A stretch of DNA of 64,000 nt from positions 55,676,001 to 55,740,000 of the forward strand of contig OX597821.1 of the NCBI GenBank assembly GCA_951406725.2, in the 5' to 3' direction. Shown here piece after piece: positions 13,596 to 24,011 of this stretch (positions are counted from its first letter, which is position 1; each line of letters begins with the position of its first letter). Position numbers and translations under genes: made by a program. The notes beneath the pieces were generated by a model. It did no database searches. It worked only from the letters and a program-made list of their open reading frames with translations, and was not told where the DNA came from. Source of the stretch: Octopus vulgaris (Eukaryota).

Positions 13596-15610
13596 AAAAG
13601 GAATTCCGGACCTTCTATTAGGTTGATGCATATACCACAGTTGGGTCTATTGCATTTGTTTACTGTGGGTTTAGTTGTTGTGGTTGGCAGTACTTTGGCA
13701 TTTGTTAGGATGGTTTTCAATGATTTGGGTTGCCTTTTGCTCTTTATGATTTCGTGTGTTAGGAGGATTTGGTTCATTCTATGGTCCTTTTGTAATACAG
13801 GAATGTTCTGGAGGATGGTGTCAAAAGCTTCATTGTTGAGGGGGTTGTCTGTAGAGATGTATGGTAGAGTATGGGGTTTCGATGTAACAGGTTTAGGGCG
13901 TCTAAGTTCCTGCGTGCTGAGTTTTAGGGCGCGTTGGATCCCATTGTCAATTAGTGACGTGGGGTAATCCCTGCTTGTTAATGTGCCCTTGAGTTCTTGT
14001 AGACGTAAGAGACGGGTGTTTTTATTGGAGACTATAGTGCAAATTCTATTGGCTAAGTTGTAGGGAATGTTAATTTTAACGTGTCTAGGGTGGCATGAAT
14101 TGAAAGGGAGGTATTGCTTGGAGTCTGTGGGCTTGTAGTATATGTCTGTTTCTATTTTTTTGTTGTGAATTTTAATGAGGATGTCGAGGAAGGGAATTTG
14201 TTGAGGGCTGTATTCCATTGTGAAAATAATGTTTGTGTTGAGCCCATTTATAAGAGTGTGAAATTCGTTAAGCTTCTCGACGGTTTCGGGCCAAAGGATG
14301 AAGCAGTCATCAAGATATCTCTTCCAGTTCTTCTCTATGTGTGTGTGGAGAGTGGTGCCAAATTGGTTAAGAACGTTATTATAGAGGGTGATTTCCAGGT
14401 ATCCCATGACTAAGTTGGCGTAAGTGGGAGCTGTTTTCGTTCCCATTGCCGTCCCTGATTTCTGTCTGTAGAATTTGTTGTTGAAGGTGAAGAAATTATT
14501 CTCTAAGATGAATTTGAGTCCTTCTAAAATAAATTCCTTTTTGATGCGGTGTGGGAGTTCGTTGGAGTAATTATCCATCCAGAATTGGATAGCTTCTATT
14601 CCTATGTTGTGGGGGATGTTGGAGTAAAGATTGACTACATCGAATGTTACTAGCAGGGTTTGTTCAGCAAGAAGTGTATTGGGGAGGTGGTTGAGCATAT
14701 CTAGATCGTCCCTTATGTAGCTTTTAATGTGTTTGAGGAACGGCTTGAGAAGGGTATCAATGAAGTTGCTAAGGCGGTGGGTTTCGCAAGCGGGACCTGC
14801 TATTATAGGTCTCAATTTGAGGTCATTTGGTGAGGGGACATTGATTACAGAGTTTGTGGCTTCCTTGCATGCCTTACTTATTAATTCGCTTTTATGAATT
14901 TTGGGAATACCGTAGAAGAGGCTGGTTTTACTAGTGAAATTTGTGATGAAGTTGAATTCTTTGCTAGTGAGTTCTTCTTTGTGGGGGTTGATCAGGGTTT
15001 TTAAGTTTCTCATAATTTTCTGTTGATTGTAGTGTTCAGCCTTTTCGTAATATGTTCCATTTTCCAATGTGGAGAGTGCTAAGTTGATATAGTATTCTGT
15101 CTCCATTAAGACTACTGCACTTCCTTTATCGGCCTCTTTAATGGTGATAGATCTTTCATTTTTTAATTTGTTTAATTCTTCCCACTCTTTCTTGTTGAGG
15201 TTTGGTTTGGGTTTTGGTTTGTGTAAGTGTTGGTAGGGGAAGTTTGTAATGTGCTCACAGAATTCGTCTAGGATTTTATTTCTACCTTTTCGTGGGGTGT
15301 AGTTGCTTTTATTTCTAGCTAGTGACTCATCCTCTTTGTGCTGGTCGAATAGTTCCTCACTAAGTCGCAATTTTCTACAAAATTCTGTAATGTCTTCCTT
15401 CATTTCGTAGTAGTTTGGACGTGGGGGGGTTGGTGTGAATTTCAGACCTTTGGAGAGTAAGTTGAGAAGGTTGGGGTTGGGTTCTGTATTGGTTAAATTG
15501 ATGACTTTAATTAGTTTATGTTTCTCTTCCCTGTCCTGTGTTATTTTGTTTGCCTGTATCTGTGTGCTGTGTCTAAAAAATGGTTGGGGTAGAGGGGTTG
15601 TCTGTTGGTG
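13256..15610 (-). CDS. PLE ORF2: reverse transcriptase + CxxxxCxxC linker + GIY-YIG endonuclease (first ATG at 15403; frame open to 15610)
   Basis: VINL...KGLKFTPTP N-terminal motif upstream of the ATG; IKEADKGSAVV; RT motifs FDVVNLYSNIPH, GTAMGTKTAPTYANL, WKRYLDD; YYKPTD..QYL...SCHP; CNRPNCGIC; LVYVLPCSGCNEHYIGQT..LRQR...H; E..LI..L. Confidence 0.95.
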   Translation of the reverse strand, partial: HQQTTPLPQPFFRHSTQIQANKITQDREEKHKLIKVINLTNTEPNPNLLNLLSKGLKFTPTPPRPNYYEMKEDITEFCRKLRLSEELFDQHKEDESLARNKSNYTPRKGRNKILDEFCEHITNFPYQHLHKPKPKPNLNKKEWEELNKLKNERSITIKEADKGSAVVLMETEYYINLALSTLENGTYYEKAEHYNQQKIMRNLKTLINPHKEELTSKEFNFITNFTSKTSLFYGIPKIHKSELISKACKEATNSVINVPSPNDLKLRPIIAGPACETHRLSNFIDTLLKPFLKHIKSYIRDDLDMLNHLPNTLLAEQTLLVTFDVVNLYSNIPHNIGIEAIQFWMDNYSNELPHRIKKEFILEGLKFILENNFFTFNNKFYRQKSGTAMGTKTAPTYANLVMGYLEITLYNNVLNQFGTTLHTHIEKNWKRYLDDCFILWPETVEKLNEFHTLINGLNTNIIFTMEYSPQQIPFLDILIKIHNKKIETDIYYKPTDSKQYLPFNSCHPRHVKINIPYNLANRICTIVSNKNTRLLRLQELKGTLTSRDYPTSLIDNGIQRALKLSTQELRRPKPVTSKPHTLPYISTDNPLNNEAFDTILQNIPVLQKDHRMNQILLTHEIIKSKRQPKSLKTILTNAKVLPTTTTKPTVNKCNRPNCGICINLIEGPEFLFKQGQRFTVKHNFTCASENLVYVLPCSGCNEHYIGQTKNSLRQRMTVHRSQIKIQEYRKIAFSAHIDTCAAQLHPNFRIFPLYKFKDNATHTQRITMESHLINKYRPLLNTCP

Positions 15611-16836
15611 TTAGGAGGTCCTGTGTGTTTGTTATATTCCTTGTTGTGAAATATGGTTCGGGTTCGTGGTTGTGGATAGAATGGGGTGTTCCTGTATTGC
15701 GGGTGTTGGTGTGTGTTTCTTTGTGTTGTGATGGATTGTGGTGATATGAGTGGCCTGCGTGGGTGCTTGTATCGAGTGGTATGGGTTTGTTGTGTATTGT
15801 GAGAGTTGAGAAAGTGAAAATTACCTTGTTGTCCCCTCGTGGTGTGGATGTTGTTGTGTCTATCCTGGTAGTGGGATCCTCTTTTATTTGTTAATAAGGT
15901 ATTCGAGTAGTTGTTGAGTTGTTGTGTGTAGCGTCTCCTTGAAGAGGGAAATTCGTTAATGTAATTCTGGTGGTGAGAGTTTCCAGGGTTCTTGTTCCTC
16001 CTTATGGACGTGGAGTAAGAAGGTACATCTTCAATATGCTGTTTCCTTCTTTTGTTCAAGGTTGGAGGGTTGGCGGAGTAGTTGTGTGGTTGGGTTCCTG
16101 GTTTTCCCATTTTTATGAACGGGTTATTGGAAGAGTAATCCGTTTTGAAAGTCGATTCATAGTTTAGGAACCAGGCGGCACTTTTTTCCCAGCGTTGTAG
16201 GGATTTTAGTTCCTCTTTGTTGCAGTCATCTTTCCATAACTTGGAGATCTTCTCTATGTGTAGGCTTTCGGCCTTGTTATTTATTACGAGGAGGATCTCT
16301 TCATCGATTGTTTTGACTCTTTCCTCATTTGTTTGGGCCCTTAATTTGAGAAGTTCAATCTCTGTTTTCAGTCTCTCTAATGCCATTCTTTCCCTAAGTC
16401 GTCTTTGAGGTTCAGATTCATTGGGAATGGCTTTTAATTGTATTTTGCGGGGAAGAGTTAGAGGAGTAGAGTTCATCCATTTTTCGTATATCTCGGCCTT
16501 GTTGTTGTTTCTAATCATTTTCCAGAAGGAGAACTTTCTGTCTCTGAGGGATTTGTTCCATTCTGTGATTATATGATTTTTCAGTTTGTATGAATCAATT
16601 TGACATGGTTCTTCTTTGTTTTTGGCTGGGTTGGTGGTGGTGAAAAAGGTGTGGATCGTATCACCCAGAGTTTGTAGCTTATCGCCGATTTCGGAGGGTT
16701 TGTGTCCGGTAATGGTTTCCTCATTAGTAGAGTCCAATTTGTTGACTAGTACAGAGAGGTTGGTGTTGATGTTTTTGAGTTCCTGTAGGATTTCTTCGTT
16801 TAAGTTGATTAGGGTGGTTTCAGTTTTTGTAGGCAT
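15541..16836 (-). CDS. PLE ORF1, 431 aa from ATG 16836: coiled-coil N-terminal half, N/H/Q/R/T/P-rich disordered C-terminal half
   Basis: Long open frame directly upstream of and overlapping ORF2, with heptad-like segments (LNEEILQELKNINTNLSVLVNKL; ERMALERLKTEIELLKLRAQ). Homologous decayed sequence at 30357-30500 (LW..C..EE..FLQRWE....F..NYE). Confidence 0.88.
   Translation of the reverse strand: MPTKTETTLINLNEEILQELKNINTNLSVLVNKLDSTNEETITGHKPSEIGDKLQTLGDTIHTFFTTTNPAKNKEEPCQIDSYKLKNHIITEWNKSLRDRKFSFWKMIRNNNKAEIYEKWMNSTPLTLPRKIQLKAIPNESEPQRRLRERMALERLKTEIELLKLRAQTNEERVKTIDEEILLVINNKAESLHIEKISKLWKDDCNKEELKSLQRWEKSAAWFLNYESTFKTDYSSNNPFIKMGKPGTQPHNYSANPPTLNKRRKQHIEDVPSYSTSIRRNKNPGNSHHQNYINEFPSSRRRYTQQLNNYSNTLLTNKRGSHYQDRHNNIHTTRGQQGNFHFLNSHNTQQTHTTRYKHPRRPLISPQSITTQRNTHQHPQYRNTPFYPQPRTRTIFHNKEYNKHTGPPNTNRQPLYPNHFLDTAHRYRQTK
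15574..15580 (-). other. Candidate -1 ribosomal frameshift heptamer U-UUU-UUA
   Basis: ORF1 reads CAT TTT TTA GAC (HFLD); the -1 frame is ORF2 (FFRHSTQ...). The same CATTTTTTAGAC occurs at 31105-31116 in the other PLE. Confidence 0.6.
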
Positions 16837-16972
16837 TTTCTGTATCTCGTGCGGGGATATGATATTTAAAAAAAAGGAGATGTCGAACACGAGTGGTGAT
16901 ATATAAAAAAGGAAATGAAGAAAATGCTGACAAATAATTGAAGTAATTTAAGTAATTTAATTAGGTGAAAGT

Positions 16973-17019
16973 TCTTTTTACCGGTTGCGCATTTGTTATG
17001 CTTATCAAAATATAAAAGA
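16973..17019 (-). ncRNA. Variant minimal hammerhead ribozyme in 5' pseudo-LTR
   Basis: Identical to 12495-12541; predicted cut between 16979 and 16978, about 140 nt upstream of the ORF1 ATG. Confidence 0.7.
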
Positions 17020-17048
17020 GAGATTAGAGTCTGTCTCTTATATGTGAA

Positions 17049-17251
17049 AAAAAGAGGCTCCAGAGTTGTTTGGGATTTGCTTGGTTTCGCGCCTAAAATT
17101 TTGATTGGTCATTATGAAGGGGTCACGTGAATGTTTGAATGGAAGTTGGTGTTGGGGTAAGAAAAAGGCTCCAGAGAAGTTAAAATTTGGCTAGTGTCCC
17201 GCCTAAAATTTCTTATTGGCCATGATAAAGAGGTCACGTGAATGTTTAGAA
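17049..17251 (-). promoter_or_regulatory. Putative PLE promoter: two ~113-bp tandem modules (duplicated at 12571-12774)
   Basis: Each unit has ggctccagag...cgcctaaaattt...ATTGG...GTCACGTG aatgttt. Motifs: E2F-like TTTCGCGCC/TCCCGCC, CCAAT box, E-box. Lies just upstream of the ribozyme and ORF1. Confidence 0.5.
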
Positions 17252-18861
17252 TTTTCGAAAATAGTGTTGTTGAAAATTCTTATTGTTCAGGCTGGTCAGT
17301 AGACGTCATGTGGATATTTTAAATAGCTTTTTAGCGCGTAGTTAGGGAGTGTATTTTCCGCTTGACTGGATAAGTAAGTTCGTTTAGAACAGGGAGAGCT
17401 GTATGTATGTATGTATGTGTGTGCGCGCGCGCGCGTGTGTGTGTTTATATGTATGTTGGGGCGCGCGCGCGTGTATATATGTGTGTGTGTGTGTGGGTAC
17501 AATTTTCAATATTTATAGTTCTGCTGGCCTTGTGCCTGTATCGGGAAGCAACGTATTTGTGTGAAGTCAATATTTACAGCCATTTCCAAAAAATAGTGTT
17601 GGATGTTCTGCACCCGTATTCAATTATGTGTATGTGTGGAACCATATATTTGTGTGTGTCATGGTGTTAATATCTGGGTAAAGGTGTGTGTAGGGTGTGT
17701 GCAGGTGTAAGTGTGTTTGTTGTGGGTTCGTGTTAGGGGCATGTGTTTAGAAGTGGTCTGTATTTATTAATAAGGTGGGATTCCATGGTTATTCGCTGGG
17801 TATGAGTGGCATTGTCTTTAAATTTGTAGAGAGGAAAGATTCTAAAATTGGGATGGAGTTGTGCGGCACAGGTATCAATATGTGCACTAAATGCTATTTT
17901 TCTATATTCCTGTATTTTTATTTGGGATCTGTGGACAGTCATGCGTTGGCGGAGGCTATTTTTTGTTTGGCCTATGTAGTGTTCATTACAGCCCGAGCAA
18001 GTTAAGACATATACTAGTTTTTCTGATGCGCATGTGAAGTTGTGTTTTACTGTGAAACGTTGTCCTTGTTTATATATATATATATATATATGCATGTACG
18101 TAAGTGAGATGATTATTTAGACCAAACTTTTATCCAAGACATTGCAATCAGTTCAGAGATTTAATGAAAAATTTTATTTGAAATAACGTTACGTTTACGT
18201 AGAAAACTTCCATTATCATAAATATGTAATGGGATATGAATTGAAACGTCATATACTCCATCATAAACATAACTACTACAGATCGCCCTTACTTCATTAT
18301 CAATAAATCTTAATAACAATGTTGTCACGCTTTCTTTTCCGAACGATAATTAAACGTTCAGACAAATATTGCTTCGATACATTAAGGAAGTAGTTGTAAT
18401 TAATTAATTACTTTTCATTAGTATGTTAGTAGGTTTTGCACACAGCAAACAACCGTACGTATTTCCCTCAGTATATATTTATTTTATGATTCCATTAATT
18501 AGGTTTATAATTTAATTCTGCGATTTAGTAGGAATATTATCACGTTATTAACAAATTACCAAATATAATTTGAAGTTCAGGGTTTAGAGCATTTTTACCT
18601 CTTGTGATTCATTAATGTATTTGTGAAACATATAAACACTAAACGCTTCTTCTACTATCATTGTAATAATGTGATATTTATGTTCTATTACTTTGGAGAT
18701 TATATTAAGGATAGAGTCATTTGTAATAGAATTTCAAGTTAAATATAGAAAGGAATTTATAGGATTTATAGTTTGTTCATTTATTCATTTATTGTATATC
18801 ACCGTGTCACAAACAGCGTCGGTTTTTATGTCTTCGCGACAAAGTTGCATAGATTTATATA

Positions 18862-18933
<72 letters not shown>

Positions 18934-19016
18934 TGACAACAAAAGAATGAGACCTCGATAATAGGTAAATAGAGGAATATATATATATATTCATAGTATA
19001 GGACAATCAGTAAGAC

Positions 19017-19087
19017 GTCATAATAAGGCTCAGAGTTTCAAATGCTGGAGCTAAGAACTACGATGCATTTTCGTCTGCTATTTTGAC
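19017..19087 (-). ncRNA. Degenerate type I hammerhead ribozyme (family H2)
   Basis: Minus strand: GTCAAAATAG-CAGACGA-AAATGC...GCATTT-GAAA-CTCTGAG-CC-TTATTATGAC. Stems I and II pair; U4A and U16.1C lesions. Confidence 0.6.
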
Positions 19088-19256
19088 AATAGACGCTATG
19101 AAAAAAAAACGTTGAAGAAAAGATAAATTACTCTAATTGACAGGAAGAATTATAAAAAGTTATATTATGAAAAATACATGCAACCATATTCTCACAATAC
19201 ATTTAATACCTTCTGCGATCGTAAAGTCTACATATGTACACGCGGACACAAACATG

Positions 19257-19294
<38 letters not shown>

Positions 19295-19444
19295 TATACG
19301 TGTGTGTGTGTGTGTATGCATGTATGTATATGCCCATACACACACAAAACGTATACGTGCATTTACCTGCTCATATGCACATCTCTATACACACACACGC
19401 ACACACGCATAAACACAAACACACACACTCATATATATATATAC

Positions 19445-19483
<39 letters not shown>

Positions 19484-19622
19484 GATGTATGCTTACAAAG
19501 ATATTAGACATTTAACCGTATAAAATATACTCACACATACACAAACACATACATATATACATAGTCGTACACGCATGTATGCACGCTTACCGGATATATG
19601 AATATACATATATGTACATATG

Positions 19623-19663
<41 letters not shown>

Positions 19664-21822
19664 GCATACATATACACCCTCCTATCAACACACTTGCAAC
19701 CGCAGATATACATACATAAACGTATATTGCAAAATTTCGCTCATGCATATTAATGTCCATTATATCCTTTATATTGTATCAAAATTTCATGCATTTAGTT
19801 GTAAATTTAGGGAAATTATTAAAAATTGAAAATCATCAGCTTTTGGGGGGACAGCCTGTATATATATTATATAATTAAGATTCGGTTGAATTAGGTACTT
19901 AAATTGAGGCACCATGTTAGGTCGATCTAATTCGCACACCCAGACAATATCAGTCGAATATCAAACTGTGTGCAGAAATGTTTGCACTTGATATTCTTGC
20001 AGTGTATGCAGATAACAGGACCCAACTTACTGAATAGATCTGCTCTTGTTTGTTCAGACAAGTACTTTATATAAAAATACAAAAATTACTTTCTATAAAA
20101 TTTTCAAAGTGCAGATTCCAAGTAGGTGAATAAAATATAAATCAGCAATAAAAATGTACAGGTGTCAATTCATTACGGCCGTTTCAAGCGACGCCTTTAA
20201 TCGATTACTGAAAACATTACATCATTTTAAAGAAACCGTATATGTGCGTGTATGCGTGTGTATGTATTCGTGTGCATGTGGGAACATGTATGTATGTATG
20301 TATGTATGCATGTATGTATGTATGTATGTACTATGTATGTATGTATGTATATGTATGTGTGTACTGACTGTCTTATGTGATGTACAGATTTTTATATTTT
20401 TAAGAAAAAGCAGGCAATCCAAATTTTGGCTAATCAATTATTAGCGCTTCAGATGTGATTTTTTTTACGGAAGATTTTATGCGTTTTATATAAATCTGTG
20501 AGAGAATGTTCTTTTGTAATCTATTTGTGTATATATGTGTATGTGTGCATATTTGTGGGTATCTATGCGTGCGCATACATGTGTGTGCGGTGAACCCCTG
20601 GAGGCTCGGCCAAACAGAGGGAGAAAACGAAACAGAGAAAAGAAGACAAGAAGACAGAGAGAACTTGATATGTAGCGGATGCCGAGTGTTAAAGAGGACT
20701 GAATGCCCTGGACCAAGCGAGACAGCTCACCTCGGAATGACCAATACTGGTAGGTATCAATATTTCGCCATTACTGTGGCTCTTTAATGTCATGTACCCG
20801 TATCACCTCGAAACGAAATGTATCGTTGACCTGGGACTTATGTGGAAATAGAGTGAAGTCTATTTGCTGATGTGCTCCGGTATAGCACATCATGTAAAAC
20901 AAAACTACATTAAAAATTAAAAGCAGCTCTCGTTATGTAAACATTATGAATCGCGCATAGATAGTGTATATGTTTTGGTTTAAATGGTCATTTGCAGCGG
21001 GCTAGTGTCCAGAAAAAGCTACCTTCACAGCACTGAGTGTTAAGGAACACCGAATGTCTCGCCCCGGAATGATCGAGAATTCATTCTATTCGCATTTAAG
21101 CCCAAGAACTTGATTCATTTCGTTTCGAGGTCATCCGAGTACATGGTAAAAGAAGAGAGATTATACAAAGATGGTGTATTGGAAATACTACTAGTGTCAA
21201 GTTTGGACAGTTTTTGAGGTAACAATACAGTAAGTCCCTCAGAGTTTCACTACTGAAGTAGTTACCCAAAAATGCAAACAGATACAAACATAGCATTATA
21301 TTTGTAGGTGCACACATTTAGGTACAAATGTAATGGGAGGGCTCCATTGATTACAAAATTTGCGAATAAAACAATAAATTCAATATATATTAAATCCGTA
21401 ATTCTCTTCATAAACTCCGTTTTACTCGCATGCCAATTCCACGACATAGATTTAAATTGTAGTTTTGTAGCCATTTCACGACATTCCGATAATGTTTCTG
21501 CATCGCAATAAATCCATGAATTTTAGAAGAAATTATACTATAGCTTATACGTTATTAGTCAACAACTTTTATTGTCAAACCACAAAAGAGGCAGATATTA
21601 CTATAAATTAAGCTCTACAAGCAATTAGAGCAAATAATCTGTAATACTTAATTTCAGTCCTTTACATTGTAGTGGGTTCTCTGCTTTGGTAAACAAAAAC
21701 TTTTACTATATTACAATTAAGACTCTGCCACAAATGATTACTCATTCTACTCACCCTCCCTTTCACAATGCCTTTTTCTGTCTTCCACTTCTATTTCCCT
21801 CTTTCTCCTCGTTCAGTAATTC

Positions 21823-22039
<217 letters not shown>

Positions 22040-23647
22040 ATGAGGTGTGGGTATTATGCTTTTGCTGAACGACCGGCACAAACGATTTGTTTATAGTGAT
22101 CAAATTTATGTACAAATTTATCTACATTAGCTTACTCTGTTTATCTAGTCAACATTATCTATATAATGCAAATAGACAACATATTTCCATATAAAACTAG
22201 TACACATTGAAAGACAACAAGAGGTAGCCCTTAACAGGCCGCCTTGTTAAGAAGGAGGAGTCAAAACGTCCAAAACCCCATTTAAGGGCAAATTCCAAGG
22301 GAATGAAAATAACAAACTTTTACCATGTTTTGAAGCGTTATTAATTTTTACTCCTCATCGTATCTGATTTCTATTAAAATATATAATTCTCTGACTATAC
22401 ATAACATTATTTTAGATGGAACATATGACTGATAAAAACATAGATATAATTTCCGTTGAAAGGTGCATCCATTATCTTGCCTGAATAGATTTTAATGAGT
22501 CAAACCGTGTATGAATGTTAATAAAATATATACAAAGTGGATTAATATTATGTACTTTTGTAATTATAGAACTTAATTAATGTTTTGAAAGAGACAAAAT
22601 TATTTCCTGCTTTACAATTACAACGCATGAGTGGATTAACTAAATAAAATATGTCTGCTTGCGTGTGTTTATGTATGTATACAAAAGATAAATTCTCTCA
22701 AGACTTCGACACTAAATATTATGCTAAATTATGTCAATTTTCTGAATTTTTCTTCTTATTAGAAATATATATTTCCTTAAGCTATTTTGGTCGTACCACC
22801 CATTATTTTTCAATCTTTGAAAAGTGTCTAAGTTAATCAGAGGCAGAATTACAATATACTTGTTCGAATATAAACCTTGTGTAATTTGAACTACGAAAGC
22901 TATAAATATACTATATACCTGATTATAATAGAGTATCTGTTAATATATTGATTCTGTCGGCCTCAGAGCTATATGTAAATTATATTAAAATAACTGCTAA
23001 ATCGTTTCCAATGTCATAATTAAATGAATCTACCGAATACAATTTCAAATACAGAAACGCTTTTGTTATGAAAGTCTTCTTTAGAGAGAGATCACTGCGT
23101 AAAATTATGTACTAAGTTATTATTTTAAAAAGGTATATGCACAACGTGTTTTGTGAGGCTTGTTTCTAAATTTAAAAAAAATCTTTGTGGTTTGTATGTT
23201 GCTTGTGAAACATTTAATAAAAGACACTCACCTGTTTGTAAAGAAACACGAACCAACAGACTCCGACCGGCTGACATGCTGTCTTCACGTTTTCCGTTTT
23301 TTACTACCATTATAGAGGCTTTTCCTCTGCGCTATCTTCGTGACACATCCCCTCGGGTACGATCGACTTGTCTACCACTTGTTCCCTATCCACCATTTCC
23401 TCCCCAGTTTATCTTTTCCATTTGGAATTTCCTCATTACAAAGGTCTGCTACCAAAACGTTGTTTCACACGTATTGGTGAAATCGATCAATTTTATCCGC
23501 AGCTTTCAAAATTTACAAAGAAATGATCCTATCACGTACATTTTCTTCGCAAAATTGATTATTGCGTGTTACTATTATGTCTAAATGTGAACACTGGCTT
23601 TTATTATCCCTATTAATTGCCATATCTAAATAGACTATAACAGAATA

Positions 23648-24011
23648 GGAGGTGCAATGGCACAGTTGTTAGGGCAGCGGACTCGCGGTCGTGATATCGC
23701 GGTTTCGATTCTCCGATCGGGCGTTGTGAGTGTTTATTGAGCGAAAACACCTAAAGCTCCACGAGGCTCCGAGAAGGTGTGGTGGCGAAACTTGCTGTAT
23801 TCTTTCAATCGTTCTTTCTTTTTCTCTTGTACCTGTATTTCAAAAGCCAGCCTTGTCACACTCTGTGTCATGCCAAATCTCACTGAAATCTACATTAAGG
23901 GTAAACGTGTCTGTAGAGTGCTCAGCCACTTACACGTTAATTTCCCCAGCAGGCTGTTCCGTTGATCGGTTCAACTGGAACCCTCGTCGTCGTAATCGAC
24001 GGAGTACCACG
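23648..24011 (+). mobile_element. tRNA-derived SINE (family C), near full length
   Basis: tRNA-like head (tggcacagttgttagggcagcggactcgcgg...ggtttcgattc). Its body is repeated at 24330-24437. Confidence 0.75.

Larger units (their letters stand above)
12389..18072 (-). mobile_element. Intact Penelope-like retroelement (EN+, Neptune/Naiad-type) in partial-tandem form, inserted in (TA)n
   Basis: Uninterrupted ORF1 and RT-GIY-YIG ORF2; 1.2-kb direct terminal repeats formed from the ORF2 3' end plus the UTR; (TA)n on both sides. Confidence 0.96.
16866..18072 (-). repeat. 5' pseudo-LTR of PLE (includes truncated GIY-YIG copy 17733-18072)
   Basis: Duplicate of 12389-13595; ORF 17733..18095 is the endonuclease C-terminus fused to (TA)n. 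Confidence 0.96.

Noticed and set aside
16837-16890. GTG start of the 449-aa ORF1 call
   Set aside because: Falls in the pseudo-LTR/UTR; ATG 16836 is the more plausible start.
13298-16906. Plus-strand ORFs antisense to the PLE
   Set aside because: Shadow frames caused by the A/C-rich coding strand; no motifs.
20585-21235. GC-richer stretch with possible splice donors (host exon?)
   Set aside because: No sustained ORF or recognisable protein; cannot be supported without transcript data.
21230-21270. ACTAC/GTAGT-GAAA-CTCTGAG on the minus strand
   Set aside because: Has a 3' half resembling family H2 but no CUGANGA core or stem I.
23648-23722. tRNA-like sequences here and at 43621-43690
   Set aside because: SINE heads continuing into repeat bodies; no intact cloverleaf.
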